A DNA stretch of 64,000 nucleotides from Octopus sinensis (taxonomy: Eukaryota). Under the pieces are notes generated by a model. That model did not search any database. It was not told where the DNA came from and was given only the letters and a program-made list of their open reading frames with translations. Each line of letters opens with the position of its first letter. The first letter of the stretch is position 1. The stretch spans positions 171,554,001 to 171,618,000 of the forward strand of contig NC_042998.1 in the NCBI RefSeq assembly GCF_006345805.1. Direction: 5' to 3'. This document shows positions 27,730 to 40,316 of this stretch, piece by piece. The position numbers were made by a program, and so were the translations under genes.

Positions 27730-27789
<60 letters not shown>

Positions 27790-28246
27790 TATATATACAG
27801 AAGTATATATTAGCATATAAATACACATATAAGATCACGTATATAAATATATGGAAATATGCACGTAAATACATACCAACACACATATAAGTGTATACAT
27901 GTGCACATATACATCCATGTACGTATAAACATATGCACTTACTTACACATATACAACTATACACAGATGCACACATACAAATACATATGCATGCCTACAA
28001 TACAGACATTCACATAAAAACATATCTAGGTCCTAACGTATATATGCAAACAACATTTTAAAAAATTTGCTGAGTACATAATAATAAAAATCAGGTAAAA
28101 GACATGCAAAATCGAAGACCATATATCGAATTATCAATAAATATAACGATGAAATGGGTTTGTAAAATACGATAAGATGAAATAACAATAAAATCTTAAA
28201 CATAAAAATAATATATATATATACATATATGCTAATATATACTTAC

Positions 28247-28285
<39 letters not shown>

Positions 28286-28399
28286 GTGTACATTTGTTAC
28301 ACATTCCGTCACCTATCTCTCTTTTTCTTTCCTTATGCAAAGTATTCTTTCTCTCCCTATTCGCTACTTTGATAGCGTCAATAGACAACATATTTTCAA

Positions 28400-28673
28400 A
28401 ATAAAATAGTGTACATTTAAACACAAGAGAAAACTACCTTTAACAAGTAATTTTTACATGCTAGAAGAAGCAGTCGAAACGACCAAAACCACATTGAAGA
28501 GCAATTTTCGAAGGTAATGAAAAATAGAAACTTTTACCTTGTTATTTTTTATTTTTAGGTAAAAGTTTTTATTTTTCATTCCCTTTGAAAATTGCTCTTA
28601 AATGTGGTTTTGGTCCTTTTGACTGCTTCTTCTAGCGTGTAAAATTACCCGTTTAAATGTACTCTATTTTATA
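28400..28673. mobile_element. Fold-back (palindromic) MITE
   Basis: Arms 28400-28539 and 28557-28673 are reverse complements apart from a roughly 20-nt extra segment in the left arm; 17-nt loop. Confidence 0.8.
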
Positions 28674-28676
28674 TAG

Positions 28677-28720
<44 letters not shown>

Positions 28721-28854
28721 TATATATATAACCAATACTTACCACAACAAAGCTTGTACAAAGCTTTACATTTTACTTTTGACAGTCTTTTTCTAAAAAA
28801 GTGAAACCGATCACGTGAATAAACATCTTTGAAATTGCATTTTCAAACCTTCTT

Positions 28855-29330
28855 TCGGTAGGACAAGTGAGACCATAACCCGAGGCCTCTACCTGGAATG
28901 TAGCCGGTCCACTTATGCATACCTTTCCTTCTTGGGACACAAAACTCTACTTGTGAAGACCTGTTGAGGCAAGTGAAAATCGAAATCGATCAACATCAAT
29001 GGAAATTGTAGCTGTGATACCAGTGCCGGTGGTACGTAAGAGAACCATCCGAACGTGGCCGTTGCCAGTGCTGCCCTGACTGGCCTCGTGCTGGTGGCAC
29101 GTAAAAAGCACCATCCGATCGTGGCCGTTTGCCAGCCTCGTCTGGTACCTGTGCCGGTGGCACGTAAAAACACCCACTACACTCACGGAGTGGTTGGCGT
29201 TAGGAAGGGCATCCAGACGTAGAAACAATGCCAGATCAGACTGAACCTGGTGCAGCCTTCTGGCTTCCCAGACCCCAGTTGAACCGTCCAACCCATGCTA
29301 GCATGGAAAGTAGACGCTAAACGATGATGA
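28855..29330 (+). mobile_element. SINE-like element with (ATG)n tail (family C), single-copy form
   Basis: ggagtggttggcgttaggaagggcatccag ... ccaacccatgctagcatggaaa ... (atg)n. Other copies at about 29650-29980, 33295-33503, 44255-44520 and 62245-62645 (+); fragments at 24000-24120, 57690-57740 and 61885-61940. Confidence 0.8.
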
Positions 29331-30308
29331 TTTATAATTTTTTTTAAGTTTAAAAAAAAATTTATAAATATAATTAATAAATTAATTAATTAAAAAATTA
29401 ACAAATTAAAAGTTCAAAATTTATAAATTTTAAATTTAAAAAAATATAAAAATTCATAAATACAAATTTTAAATTTAAATAATTTTAAATTTAAATTTTA
29501 TTTATTTTGTATATTATGTTAATTATATTTATTTTTATGTTTTGGTTTATGTCTTTCACTGTTTTATTTGCCTAATAGTGGTTTTATCTCTAATTTAATT
29601 TATACTGTGAAATTTGATTTAATCCTAAATCTAATTTTTCCCTCTAAGTTTGGATATTGGCCCCGTGTCGGTGGCACGTAAAAGCACCATCCGTTCGTGT
29701 CCGTTGCCAGCATCGCCTGGCCCCGTGCCGGTGACACGTAAAAGCACCATCCGTTCGTGGCCGTTCGCCAGCTCTGTCTGGCACCTGTGCAGGTGGCACG
29801 TAAAAAACACCCACTACACTCGCGGAGTGGTTGGCGTTAGGAAGGGCATCCAGCCGTAGAAACACTGCCAGATCTGACTGGGCCTGACGAAGCCTTCCAG
29901 CTTCACAGACCCCAGTTGACCCGTCCAACCCATGCTAGCATGGAAAACGGACGCTAAACGATGATGATGATGATGATGATATATATATACTTATATATTC
30001 AGAAAAATTATATTACATACATATAAGAGAGATGGTCACTAAGTGAACATCCAATATGCTAGATGTAGATGCCATATGGTCTGACCAGTAAGAAAAGATT
30101 GTTCTCAAAAAAATTCAGCAAATGCCAGAATGTAAGCCTTACACACACACACATGTATATTTATATGTATATATATATATGTGTGTGTGCATGTGAATAT
30201 ATGTATATACATGTGTGTATATATGTGCATATACATATATATAGATATATGTGTATATATATATATATATATTTATATGTATATATCTATATATGTGTGT
30301 GTGTGTGT

Positions 30309-32880
30309 CATCATCATCATCATCATCATCATTTAACGTCCGCTTTCCATGCTAGCATGGGTTGGACGGTTCAACTGGGGTCTGGGGAGCCCGAAAGCTG
30401 CACCAGTCCAGTCAGATCTGGCAGTGTTTCTACAGCTGGATGCCCTTCCTAACGCCAACCACTCCGAGAGTGTAGTGGGTGATTTTATGTGCCATCGACA
30501 CAGGTGCCAGACGAGGCTGGCAAACGGCCACGCTCGGATGGTGTTTTTTATGTGCCACCGACACAGGTGCCAGACGAGGCTGGCAGACGGCCACGCTCGG
30601 ATGGTGTTTTTATGTGCCACCGACACAGGTGCCAGATGAGGCTGGCAAACGGCCACGATCGGATGGTGTTTGTTACATGCCCACAGCACGGAGGCCAGTC
30701 GATGCAGTACTGGCTACGGCCACGTTCGGATGGTTTTCTTGTGTGCCACGTGCCACCGGCACTGGTACCACAAAGATACAAATTCCATTGATGTTCATCT
30801 ATTTTGATTTGTTTTGATTTGATTTTCACTTGCCTCAACAGGTCTTCACAAGTGTCACAAGAAGGAAGGTATGCACAGGTGGACTGACTACGTCCCAGGT
30901 AGGGGCCACAGGTTATGGCCTGACTAGTCTTGCCGGGTCTTCGGATGGTGTTTTTATGTGCCACCGACACAGGTGCCAGATGAGGCTGGCGAACGGCCAC
31001 GATCGGATGGTGTTTGTTACGTGCCCACAGCACGGAGGCCAGTCGGTGCGGTACTGGCTACGGCCACGTTCGGATGGTTTTCTTGTGTGCCACCGGCACT
31101 GGTACCACAAAGATACAATTCCATTAATGTTCATCTACTACGATTTGTTTTGATTTGATTTGATTTGATTTGTTTTGATTTCATTTTGATTTTCACTTGC
31201 CTCAACAGGCCTTCACAAGTATCACAAGGAGGAAGGTATGCACAGGTGGACTGACTACGTCCCAGGTAGGGGCCATGGGATATGGCCTGACTAGTCTTGC
31301 TGGGTCTTTGGATGGTGTTTTTATGTTCCACCGACACAGGTGCTAGATGAGGCTGGCGAACGGCCACGATCGGATGGTGTTTGTTATGTGCCCACAGCAC
31401 GATGGCCAGTCGATGCGGTACTGACTACGGCCACGTTCGGATGGATTTCTTGTGTGCCACAGGCACTGGTACCACAAAGATACAAATTCCATTGATGTTC
31501 ATCTATTTTGATTTGATTTGATTTTCACTTGCCTCAACAGGTCTTCACAAGTGTCACAAGAAGGAAGGTATGCACAGGTGGACTGACTAGTCTTGCCGGG
31601 TCTTCGGAAGGTGTTTTTATGTGCCACCGACACAGGTGCCAGATGAGGCTGGCGAACGGCCATGATCGGATGGTGTTTGTTACGTGCCCACAGCACGGAG
31701 GCCGGTCGATGCGGAACTGGCTACGGCCACGTTCGGATGGTTTTCTTGTGTGCCACCGGCACTGGTACCACAAAGTGTGTACCACCGGCACTGGTACCAC
31801 AAAGATACAGATTCCATTGATGTTCATCTATTTTGATTTGTTTTGATTTTCACTTGCCTCAACAGGTCTTCACAAGTGTCACAAGAAGGAAGGTATGCAC
31901 AGGTGGACTGACTACGTCCCAGGTAGGGGCCATGGGTTATGGCCTGACTAGTCTTGCCGGGTCTTCGGATGGGTTTTTTATGTGCCACCGACACAGGTGC
32001 TAGATGAGGCTGGCGAACGGCCACGATCGGATGGTGTTTGTCATGTGCCCACAGCACGGAGGCCAGTCAATGCGGTACTGGCTACGGCCACTTTCGGATG
32101 GTTTTCTCTTGTGTGCCACCGGCACTGGTACCACAAAGATACAAATTCCATTGATGTTCATCTATTTTGATTTGTTTTGATTTGATTTGATTTTCACTTG
32201 CCTCAACAGGCCTTCACAAGTATCACAAGGAGGAAGGTATGCACAGGTGGACTGACTACGTCCCAGGTAGGGGCCATGGGTTATGGCCTGACTAGTCTTG
32301 CCGGGTCTTCGGATGGTGTTTTTATGTGCCACCGACACAGGTGCTAGATGAGGCTGGCGAACGGCCACGATCGGATGGTGTTTGTTATGTGCCCACAGCA
32401 CGATGGCCAGTGATGCGGTACTGACTACGGCCACGTTCGGATGGATTCTTGTGTGCCACCGGCACTGGTACCACAAAGATACAAATTCCATTGATGTTCA
32501 TCTATTTTGATTTGTTTTGATTTTCACTTGCCTCAACAGGTCTTCAGAAGTGTCACAAGAAGGAAGGTATGTACAGGTGGACTGACTACGTCCCAGGTAG
32601 GGGCCACGGGTTATGACCTGACTAGTCTTGCCGGGTCTTCGGATGGTGTTTTTATGTGCCACCATGTTCCCACAGCACGGAGGCCAGTCGATGCGGTACT
32701 GGCTACGGCCACGTTCGGATGGTTTTCTTGTGTGCCACAGGCACTGGTACCACAAAGATACAAATTCCATTGATGTTCATCTATTTTGATTTGTTTTGAT
32801 TGATTTTCACTTGCCTCAGCAGGTCTTCACAAGTGTCACAAGAAGGAAGGTATGCACAGGTGGATCGACTACGTCCCAGA
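30309..32880 (-). repeat. Tandem array (7 copies, about 280-370 bp unit) derived from the (ATG)n-tailed SINE-like family
   Basis: Landmark caaagataca at 30771, 31108, 31475, 31800, 32134, 32474 and 32753; six copies of the junction gggtcttc/ggatgg; (CAT)n tail at the left end. Confidence 0.95.
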
Positions 32881-33613
32881 TGAATATATATATATGTGTA
32901 TATATGTCTATATGTGTATGTATATGTGTGAATATATATACATGTGTGTGTGACTGTATTGTTCTTTTGTTTTAGTTATTTGACAGTGGCCATGCTGGAG
33001 CACTGCCTTTAGTTGAGCAAATTGACCCTGGGGCTTATTCTTTTTAAGCCAAGTACTTATTTTATTGGTCTCTTTTCCCGAACTACTAAGTTACAGGAAT
33101 GTAAACACACCAGCATTGGTTGTTTGGTTGTCAAGTGATGTTGGGGGGACAAACATAGACACATAAACACACTCACATATACATGTGTGTGTGTATGCGT
33201 GTGTGTGTGTTTGTGTGTTTGTGCGTGTATATATATATACATACATATGTGTGTGTGTGTATGTATATATATATATGCATATATATATATATACATATGC
33301 CTGACTGGCCCTCATGCCAGTGGCACGTAAAAGCACCCACTACACTCTTGGAGTGGTTGGCATTAGGAAGGACATCCAGCTATAGAAACTCTGCCAGATC
33401 AGATTGGAGTCTGGTGCAGCCATCTGGTTCGCCAGACCTCAGTCAAATCATCCAACCCATGCTAGCATGGAAAGCGGACATTAAATGATGATGATGATGA
33501 TGATATATATATTTATACATATATAATATACATGATGATTTCTCCTGGTGGTTTCAGCATCTGAAGAATGACCAGTTACACCTACATATAAATTTATATA
33601 TTTGCTCAGCCAA

Positions 33614-33931
33614 TTTATTCACTTACACATTGCAAAATTTTGGAGATGCTAATGGTTATCTAGGAAAGCTAAAAATACATAAATATATAAATGAATTGCA
33701 GTGTATTCAGAGCTGTCTGCCATATTTGCTGGAAAACTGAAAAGGTAACATTCAAAGGCATCATGTTTGATTCTACTTTTACATTTTTAATATTTTATTC
33801 ATTAAATATTGTTTCCACCCACTCCACTGTAATGTGGATGACATCTGAGAAGTCAATAATATGCAACTATTCATAAAATAATTCACAAAATAAATTTAAA
33901 CACTGTGATAATCTTTTCTATTATATTTATT
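33614..33931 (-). terminator. Candidate polyadenylation signals of MAN2C1
   Basis: AATAAA on the minus strand at 33926-33931, 33794-33799 and 33614-33619, downstream of the stop. The hexamer is common in AT-rich DNA, so which one is used is unknown. Confidence 0.3.
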
Positions 33932-33964
33932 TTCTTAAAATATTCAGTTATAAAAACATTCATC

Positions 33965-34109
33965 TTACAAAAAATATAGCAGGATACTGATAACTTTAAA
34001 GGGAGCAATGTCCACTTGAATAGTATACTCATCAATTAAGTTAACATCTGTAACAGGACCGATGCTGTCGAACTGTGTGTCATCTGATGTACTTTCTAAT
34101 CCATTGCAC
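33965..34109 (-). CDS. MAN2C1: MAN2C1 terminal coding exon
   Basis: Acceptor ctttaatctgtag; (R)CNGLESTSDDTQFDSIGPVTDVNLIDEYTIQVDIAPFKVISILLYFL then stop; the CxxLE...PFxIxS ending is typical of GH38 C-termini. Confidence 0.92.
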
Positions 34110-35017
34110 CTACAGATTAAAGAAGATAGAGTAAGAATTCTATAAAACATAGGAAACATAAGTAATGTAACCAATTGGCAGAACATCACTTAAAACTGTT
34201 ATCGTGTAAAGAAAATCTGTTGGGGTTTTTTTTCTAATATTTTTTCTTGTTTCAGATATTGGACTGCTGTCACATTGTTGCACTGCATGGAAGGGCTTAA
34301 TTGAACAGATCAACCTTAGCACTTATTCTATTGATCTCTTTCACCGAACTGTTATTTTATGGGGATGTAAACAAACACTGAATGCAATGGTGGGGACAAA
34401 TACACACATACACATGCACAGTTTCCATCTACCAAGTTTATTCACAAGGCATTAGTCAACACAAGACTCTAATAGATAACACTTGCCTAAAGTGCTGTGC
34501 TGCGGGACTGAACTTGAAACCATGTGGTTGCAAAGTGAGATTCACCATACAACCATGCCTCCTTTTTGTATAGTTAGTGGCCAAAGAACAGTGACCATAA
34601 TCTTCACAGGGTATTTGAAGGTGGTGGGTGAAGAGGAGGTAAAAGTTTTGATTCTGTGCAGTAAAATATAGATTTAGTCTGAATGCTTGTGACAGTGGAT
34701 TCTACACCCATGGAATGGTTAAATTAAGTGATAGATTGAGTCTAGCAACCAAAAAACATGTAGTTTATTAGATTTTTGTACATTTTCTACTGATACATTT
34801 TCACTTACAAGGCTTGGGTTGATCTGTGACTATATTAGAAGATACTTCAACTTGCTTAAGGTGATGTAAATAATGAATGAGTCCAGAAGTGCCTGACTGC
34901 AAAGCAAAATTCTTAACCACACAACCATATCTGTGCCTGTCTTTCCATCTACACCAAAATTCATTGATTGAAGAACAAATGGAAAATTCATTTGTAAAAA
35001 TCAAGGAATAAGTCCAT

Positions 35018-35118
<101 letters not shown>

Positions 35119-35377
35119 AATAAATAAGAAAGGCGGTGAGCTGGTATAATTGATAGCATGCTGGGAAAAATGCTTAGCAGTATTTTGTCTGCCCTTACGT
35201 TCTGAGTTCAAATCTGCTTGTCATCCTTTTGGAGTGGATTAAATAAGTACCAGTTACACACTGGGGTTGATATAATTGACTTAATCCCTTTGTTTGTCCC
35301 CTCTGTGTTTAGCCCCCAGTGGGCAATAAAGAAATAGATATATATAAATATATAATAATAATTATTATTATCATTAT

Positions 35378-35936
35378 TGAGTGAGAGAGCAGTGCATGCC
35401 ATCAAAGTGACACTGGGGTAAAATATACAAAGCCCAGTATACCCATCATGACTACCCGTCTGATAAGGGTACACCAGGCACATGCATCACAACCAAATGT
35501 GTGCGACATGGTGATCTTATGTCAAGGTAAACAGAGCATGAACTTGCAGATGGGGCCCAGTTAGAATTTTCTTCTGGTCGAGTAGCCTATACCGCTCAAA
35601 AGGTCCCTGAATAAGGGTTGTTTAAGGACGTTGAATGAAACACCCATCTTTCCAGAGGTGAATTATTCAAACCCCAAAGAATCCCTCTCAACACATGGCT
35701 ATGATGCTCCCCCACTACCTCTACTTGTGATCAGAGATGCCCATATCGTCAGCCACTAAGGGACATGCTCAACTGGTTAAGTTCAAACAACTGACAAGCA
35801 AATCTGTGTTATTGAGCAGAATATTTGCTGTAGCCCATCTTTTATACCAAGACAAAACAATGTACATGATAACACTTCCAATCAGTTAAGATCAGAAGCC
35901 ATGAGAGCCACTGTCTGGTACTGGATCAGGGCATTT
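35378..35936. mobile_element. Interspersed repeat family D, copy 1
   Basis: About 560 bp, (ATT)n-flanked, reverse complement of 40839-41516. Confidence 0.8.
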
Positions 35937-35940
35937 ATCA

Positions 35941-35971
<31 letters not shown>

Positions 35972-36688
35972 CTTAATAATCCTTTCCACTATAAGATAAG
36001 GTCTGAAATTACATCAACCCCAGTACTTGACTGGTACTTAACTTATTGACCCTGAAAGGATGAAAGGAACAACTTTCATTTCTCATTATCATCCCAGCCT
36101 GCACTATTTCTACCATTGACCTTTCTGTGTCTTCAGCCACTGTTCTGTCTCAGCAAGTAACAGGGAACCTGAGAACAGCAATGAAGTGAAATTTTAGCTT
36201 TGTATGAATAAATATCATTTTCATTATCATTTAATGACCATTTTCCATACTTGCATGCATCACATGGATTTTGTTCAAGCAGATTTTCTATGGTTGAATG
36301 CTCTTCCTGGTGCCAACCCTCATCTGTTTTCAAGCAAGTAAATATTTTGCCATGGCTAACCATATTTTTCAGAAGACTGGAAACAAACAACTTTGCTTGT
36401 ATGATAGTGATGCCCATTTACAACTATCATATGATACACACACGTGCGCGCACACCCCCACCCCCACACACACAGAGGTTTGGTGATACAGACAGGAAGA
36501 CAGACCTCAAACATTTTTTGATTAATAATTGCCAGAAGTTTGAGTGACTCAAGGAATGATATTTTAGTGCATTGATACTTATACAAATATATGAAGCTCT
36601 CAACACTGTAACTTCTGCCAATCATTAATAACACATTGTATGCGTGAAGGTGATCTGACCATTAGATATCATTTTGACAGTCATTGTC

Positions 36689-36725
<37 letters not shown>

Positions 36726-37524
36726 AAACAAGTAAAGATAGAAAATGTTAAAAAGATTTTATAAAGAACATTTCAGTACTGGTTTCGGTCATTTTGAAAC
36801 CTTTTCAACTGTAACGATTAAATAATTAAATTTAGAAAAATTAAAAGAAAAGTTTTTTTAAAAGAATATTTGTATAGTGTTCAAATATAAGTGGCATTTT
36901 CCTTGTTTCTGCCTACACACATACACACACAAAAACAGGTGTGTATGTGCACATATACACACACGTGCACACAAGTGGTTCTGTAGTAAAATGGGATGTA
37001 TTGAACAATGTACAACAAAGAGTCAAACAGCAAAGTAAAATTGAGGAGAGGAGATATATGTTTCCCTGTATAACAACAGTTATATCTATTTAATTTTCTT
37101 TATATTCTTAATATTGTTGGGACAAATCAATTGGAATGAACAAAAACCTAAATATACATAAAGATTAGAAATAAGAATGTAAATTCAAAAATTCTTTTAT
37201 TTAAAAGTTTATGACTAATATTGTTGAAAAATTAATTATTTTCTTTTATAATTAACTGCTTTGTTATTTTGAATTGACGTGTGATTGTCAGTTCTCCATG
37301 CTAAGCAAAATTAAAATTTTTTTAGCTATTATTTATTTTTAAAAACTAATAATTTTCTTTGTCTAGTACATACAGCATAATAGCTGAAGGATAGTTAGTA
37401 TTTCTATTAGACCATTGTTTTAAACCTTCTGTAAGGCACTAAGAAGATATGCAGAACTAACCTCATGGTAGAAAAAAAAAATAATAAACAGAAAAACATT
37501 AGAAAAAAATTTAAAAAAGCTTAC

Positions 37525-37631
37525 CTTTCAACTTTTTTAAGTTTAAAATCTCCTGTTGAAACATTACACCTAGCATATCCCCCAAAACTTTCATAAAGCC
37601 GTAATAAAACCACTTTGTCCGAATGTTCTGA
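37525..37631 (-). CDS. MAN2C1: MAN2C1 window exon 8
   Basis: Acceptor ttttttatttccag, donor gtaagc; SEHSDKVVLLRLYESFGGYARCNVSTGDFKLKKVE(R), 107 nt, phase 0-2; LRLYExxG motif. Confidence 0.95.
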
Positions 37632-38219
37632 CTGGAAATAAAAAAGAAAATTGATGCATTTTAAAATGTACTTAGTTTGAATGAATGCCGTTGTATTCTT
37701 AGCAGTAAGCTGTACAACACCTTAGTGCTCCCTCAAATCGGAGGTATAGACATAAAGTGAGACTGGTTATGTTAATATGCAGTTTGAAGAGATGTAAGAT
37801 AAAGAAGGGAATTCAAGAAGATGACAGTGCTCAGACTAAAGGACTACATGTATGATTTAAATCAGAACTTACTAAAAGGAACCTACATCGAAAGACGAGA
37901 AAAAGGAGGGTAATTGCAATGTATGGGTTTCAATTAAGGCATTATGCAGTCAGTAAATCCTGAATTGCAGGGAAGAATTCAAAATAAAAGCAGATTGTAA
38001 TATCAAAAAGAAAGTTTTGATTAAGGTATTTGTCGTTGTCATCGTCAGTGTCATCATTATTATTATTATTATTCAGGCCACTGCTTGGAATTGAACTCAG
38101 AATCTTGGGGTCAGTAGTCCGTGGTTTTAACCACTAAGCTATATACCTGTGGGCAATTATGGAGTGAATTTTAGGGTTTATAAATCTAATATTTTTCTAT
38201 CCTTCCTTACTACCAGTTC

Positions 38220-38610
38220 CCATATGCTGCTCATATCTGCACTCAGTCACAAAACTCCAACAACATCCTTCCTTCCAAATTTCTCACCCCAATTCCATGT
38301 TCCAACATGTCCATTAAAATCACCCATGCCCAAAACCAATTCATCTAACTTTTGTAAGTCCCACTCATTCGCCATTTCATCAAACTGCTCTTTCTCAGCG
38401 ATCCTTCTTCCACTTTGCGGACCATACCCACAAATCAACCTCACCATTTCTACCACAAATGCTAATACTACTGTCAATCACTCTGTCACTCTTTCTCCTG
38501 ACCTCCACCACCACCTCACAGATTTTTACCTTCCCCAAAACTCCTACACCTCCAATACCCCAGTTATTTCCCGACCACCACATTCATTTCCAATATTCTG
38601 CAAAATCAAG
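38220..38610 (-). mobile_element. RTE LINE endonuclease (APE) fragment
   Basis: GGVGVL..VVEVRRKSDRV..LICGYGPQSGR..EKEQF..LGMGDFNGHVG motifs, frameshifted. Confidence 0.8.
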
Positions 38611-39914
38611 TCTGGCAATGTGGAAATATTACTTCACTTGAAAACAAATAAAGTTTATGTGTGACATCTGCCTTGTCACAGACATAAGAGCAATAATTAA
38701 ACAAGACACTCGTGTACATTGAAGAAGCTTTTGGGATGCAGTAAGGATTGTATGCATTTGACATTTGCACAGTCCTAGATATGTGACCAGTAATCTAATG
38801 TAGACACTGTTGTACATTGTAAAAAGAATCTCAGTTTTCTGGATAAACTTCAGGCCATTACATGTATATCTGTGGTTTTAGTATTAGTAAAGAATATAAA
38901 AGTTTTAATTCTGAGTTTTTCATGAAAATAGATAATATTTTTGTGTTTCCTATGTATAGTTACTGTGTCTTGCTAGAAACAATTAAACAGTTACTTGTGT
39001 CTGATAAATGCTCTGTGGAATAATTTGAGTTAAAATTAGAAATTCCAAATGTTCAGTGGAATAAAATTGAGTTAAATTATAAATTCTAAGAGTCATAGCA
39101 GTATTGTTGAGTTGTATAATTAATAATAAGGTAATTAGTGTATTGATCAATAGCATATCTATAAAATTTGCTAATATATAGGTTTGGCACAACTTTTCTA
39201 AGACTACCTAACTACAATGTTGGAAAATAAAAAAAAGGAGTGTATGCAAAGAATTCTGGTGGTTTTGGTGATGGTTGTGATGTTGGTAGTGATGATGATG
39301 ATGATATAACTGATTGTAATGATGAAAATGAGAAAGAATGGCATTGAAATAATATGATAATTTGGTATGTGATGCTGATGTTAAAATTTTGCTGATGATA
39401 AAATTTTACTGATTTCCATTAGTTGTTACAGATAATGATTGGTGAGTATTTTCTTGATGGTAGAAACAATTTTGATGATGATAACAATTATAGTAATTGT
39501 ACTGAATAGGATGATAAAGTAAAGGAATACGATGATTGAAATAATTGTTCCTGATCTAGGTACAAGACCAACAGTATTGAGGAAAAAAGCTTAGTAGACA
39601 TCATCAACCCCAGTATACTCTTTACCCTTTTACTTTTTTACTTGTTTCATGACTGCGGCCATGCTGGAGCACCACCTTTAATCGAGCAACTCGACCCCGG
39701 GACTTATTCTTTGTAAGCCCAGTACTTATTCTATCAGTCTCTATCAGAGTATTCTATCTGGCTGGTACTTTATTTTAATGACACTGCAAGGATGAAAAGT
39801 AAATCTTTGGTAGGATTTAAACTGAGAATGTAAAAAGCCAGAACAAATGCAGTAACGCATTTTCCCTGATGCTTTTATGATTCTGCCAGTCCACCACCCT
39901 ACTGATAAAGATAA

Positions 39915-40316
39915 TCTATATATATAAAGCTGAAGTTGTCTGTGTGTGTGTGTGTGTGGCATGTTTGGTAGCCTTCAACTAACACTATCTCCTCCAAGAC
40001 CCTCCGGCACAAGTTGACCAAAATTGAGAGTATGATAGAAGAAGCCTTGCTCTTCCTTCCGTAAAAGAAAAAAATTCAAATCGGACCGTGTTAAGACCAA
40101 AAATTATTTACATCAAAAAGATGCTTTTTTCTATGAAAATCCCTATTTTTTACTGCTGTATTGCCTGTTGCCATTTTTTGGTGTATTTCAACCAGAAAAA
40201 TGTTCACTTAACGAGAATAACAAGCTACATAATGCAAAATTTTTACTTTTCAAAATTTCCAATTCTAAAGGGTCGAAAAGAAAACAAACCCGAGCAATGC
40301 CGGGCTATACTGCTAG
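39915..40316 (+). mobile_element. Non-autonomous Helitron of a related subfamily
   Basis: A/TCTATATATATAAAG ... cccgagcaatgccggg ... CTAG/T; termini shared with the 7.9-9.3 kb copies, interior different. Confidence 0.78.

Noticed and set aside
30821-30842. Hammerhead-like core CUGUUGAG-GCAAG-UGAAA on the minus strand of each array unit (and at 28961-28979)
   Set aside because: The conserved A6 is U, there is an extra A before stem III, and I could not form stem I. It is not called as a ribozyme; an Infernal search with hammerhead models would settle it.
30309-32880. CRISPR-like array or a protein-coding repeat gene (many overlapping ORFs)
   Set aside because: The units are full tandem copies without unique spacers, in a eukaryotic context. 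The ORFs occur on both strands, are broken by indels and merely mirror the SINE sequence.
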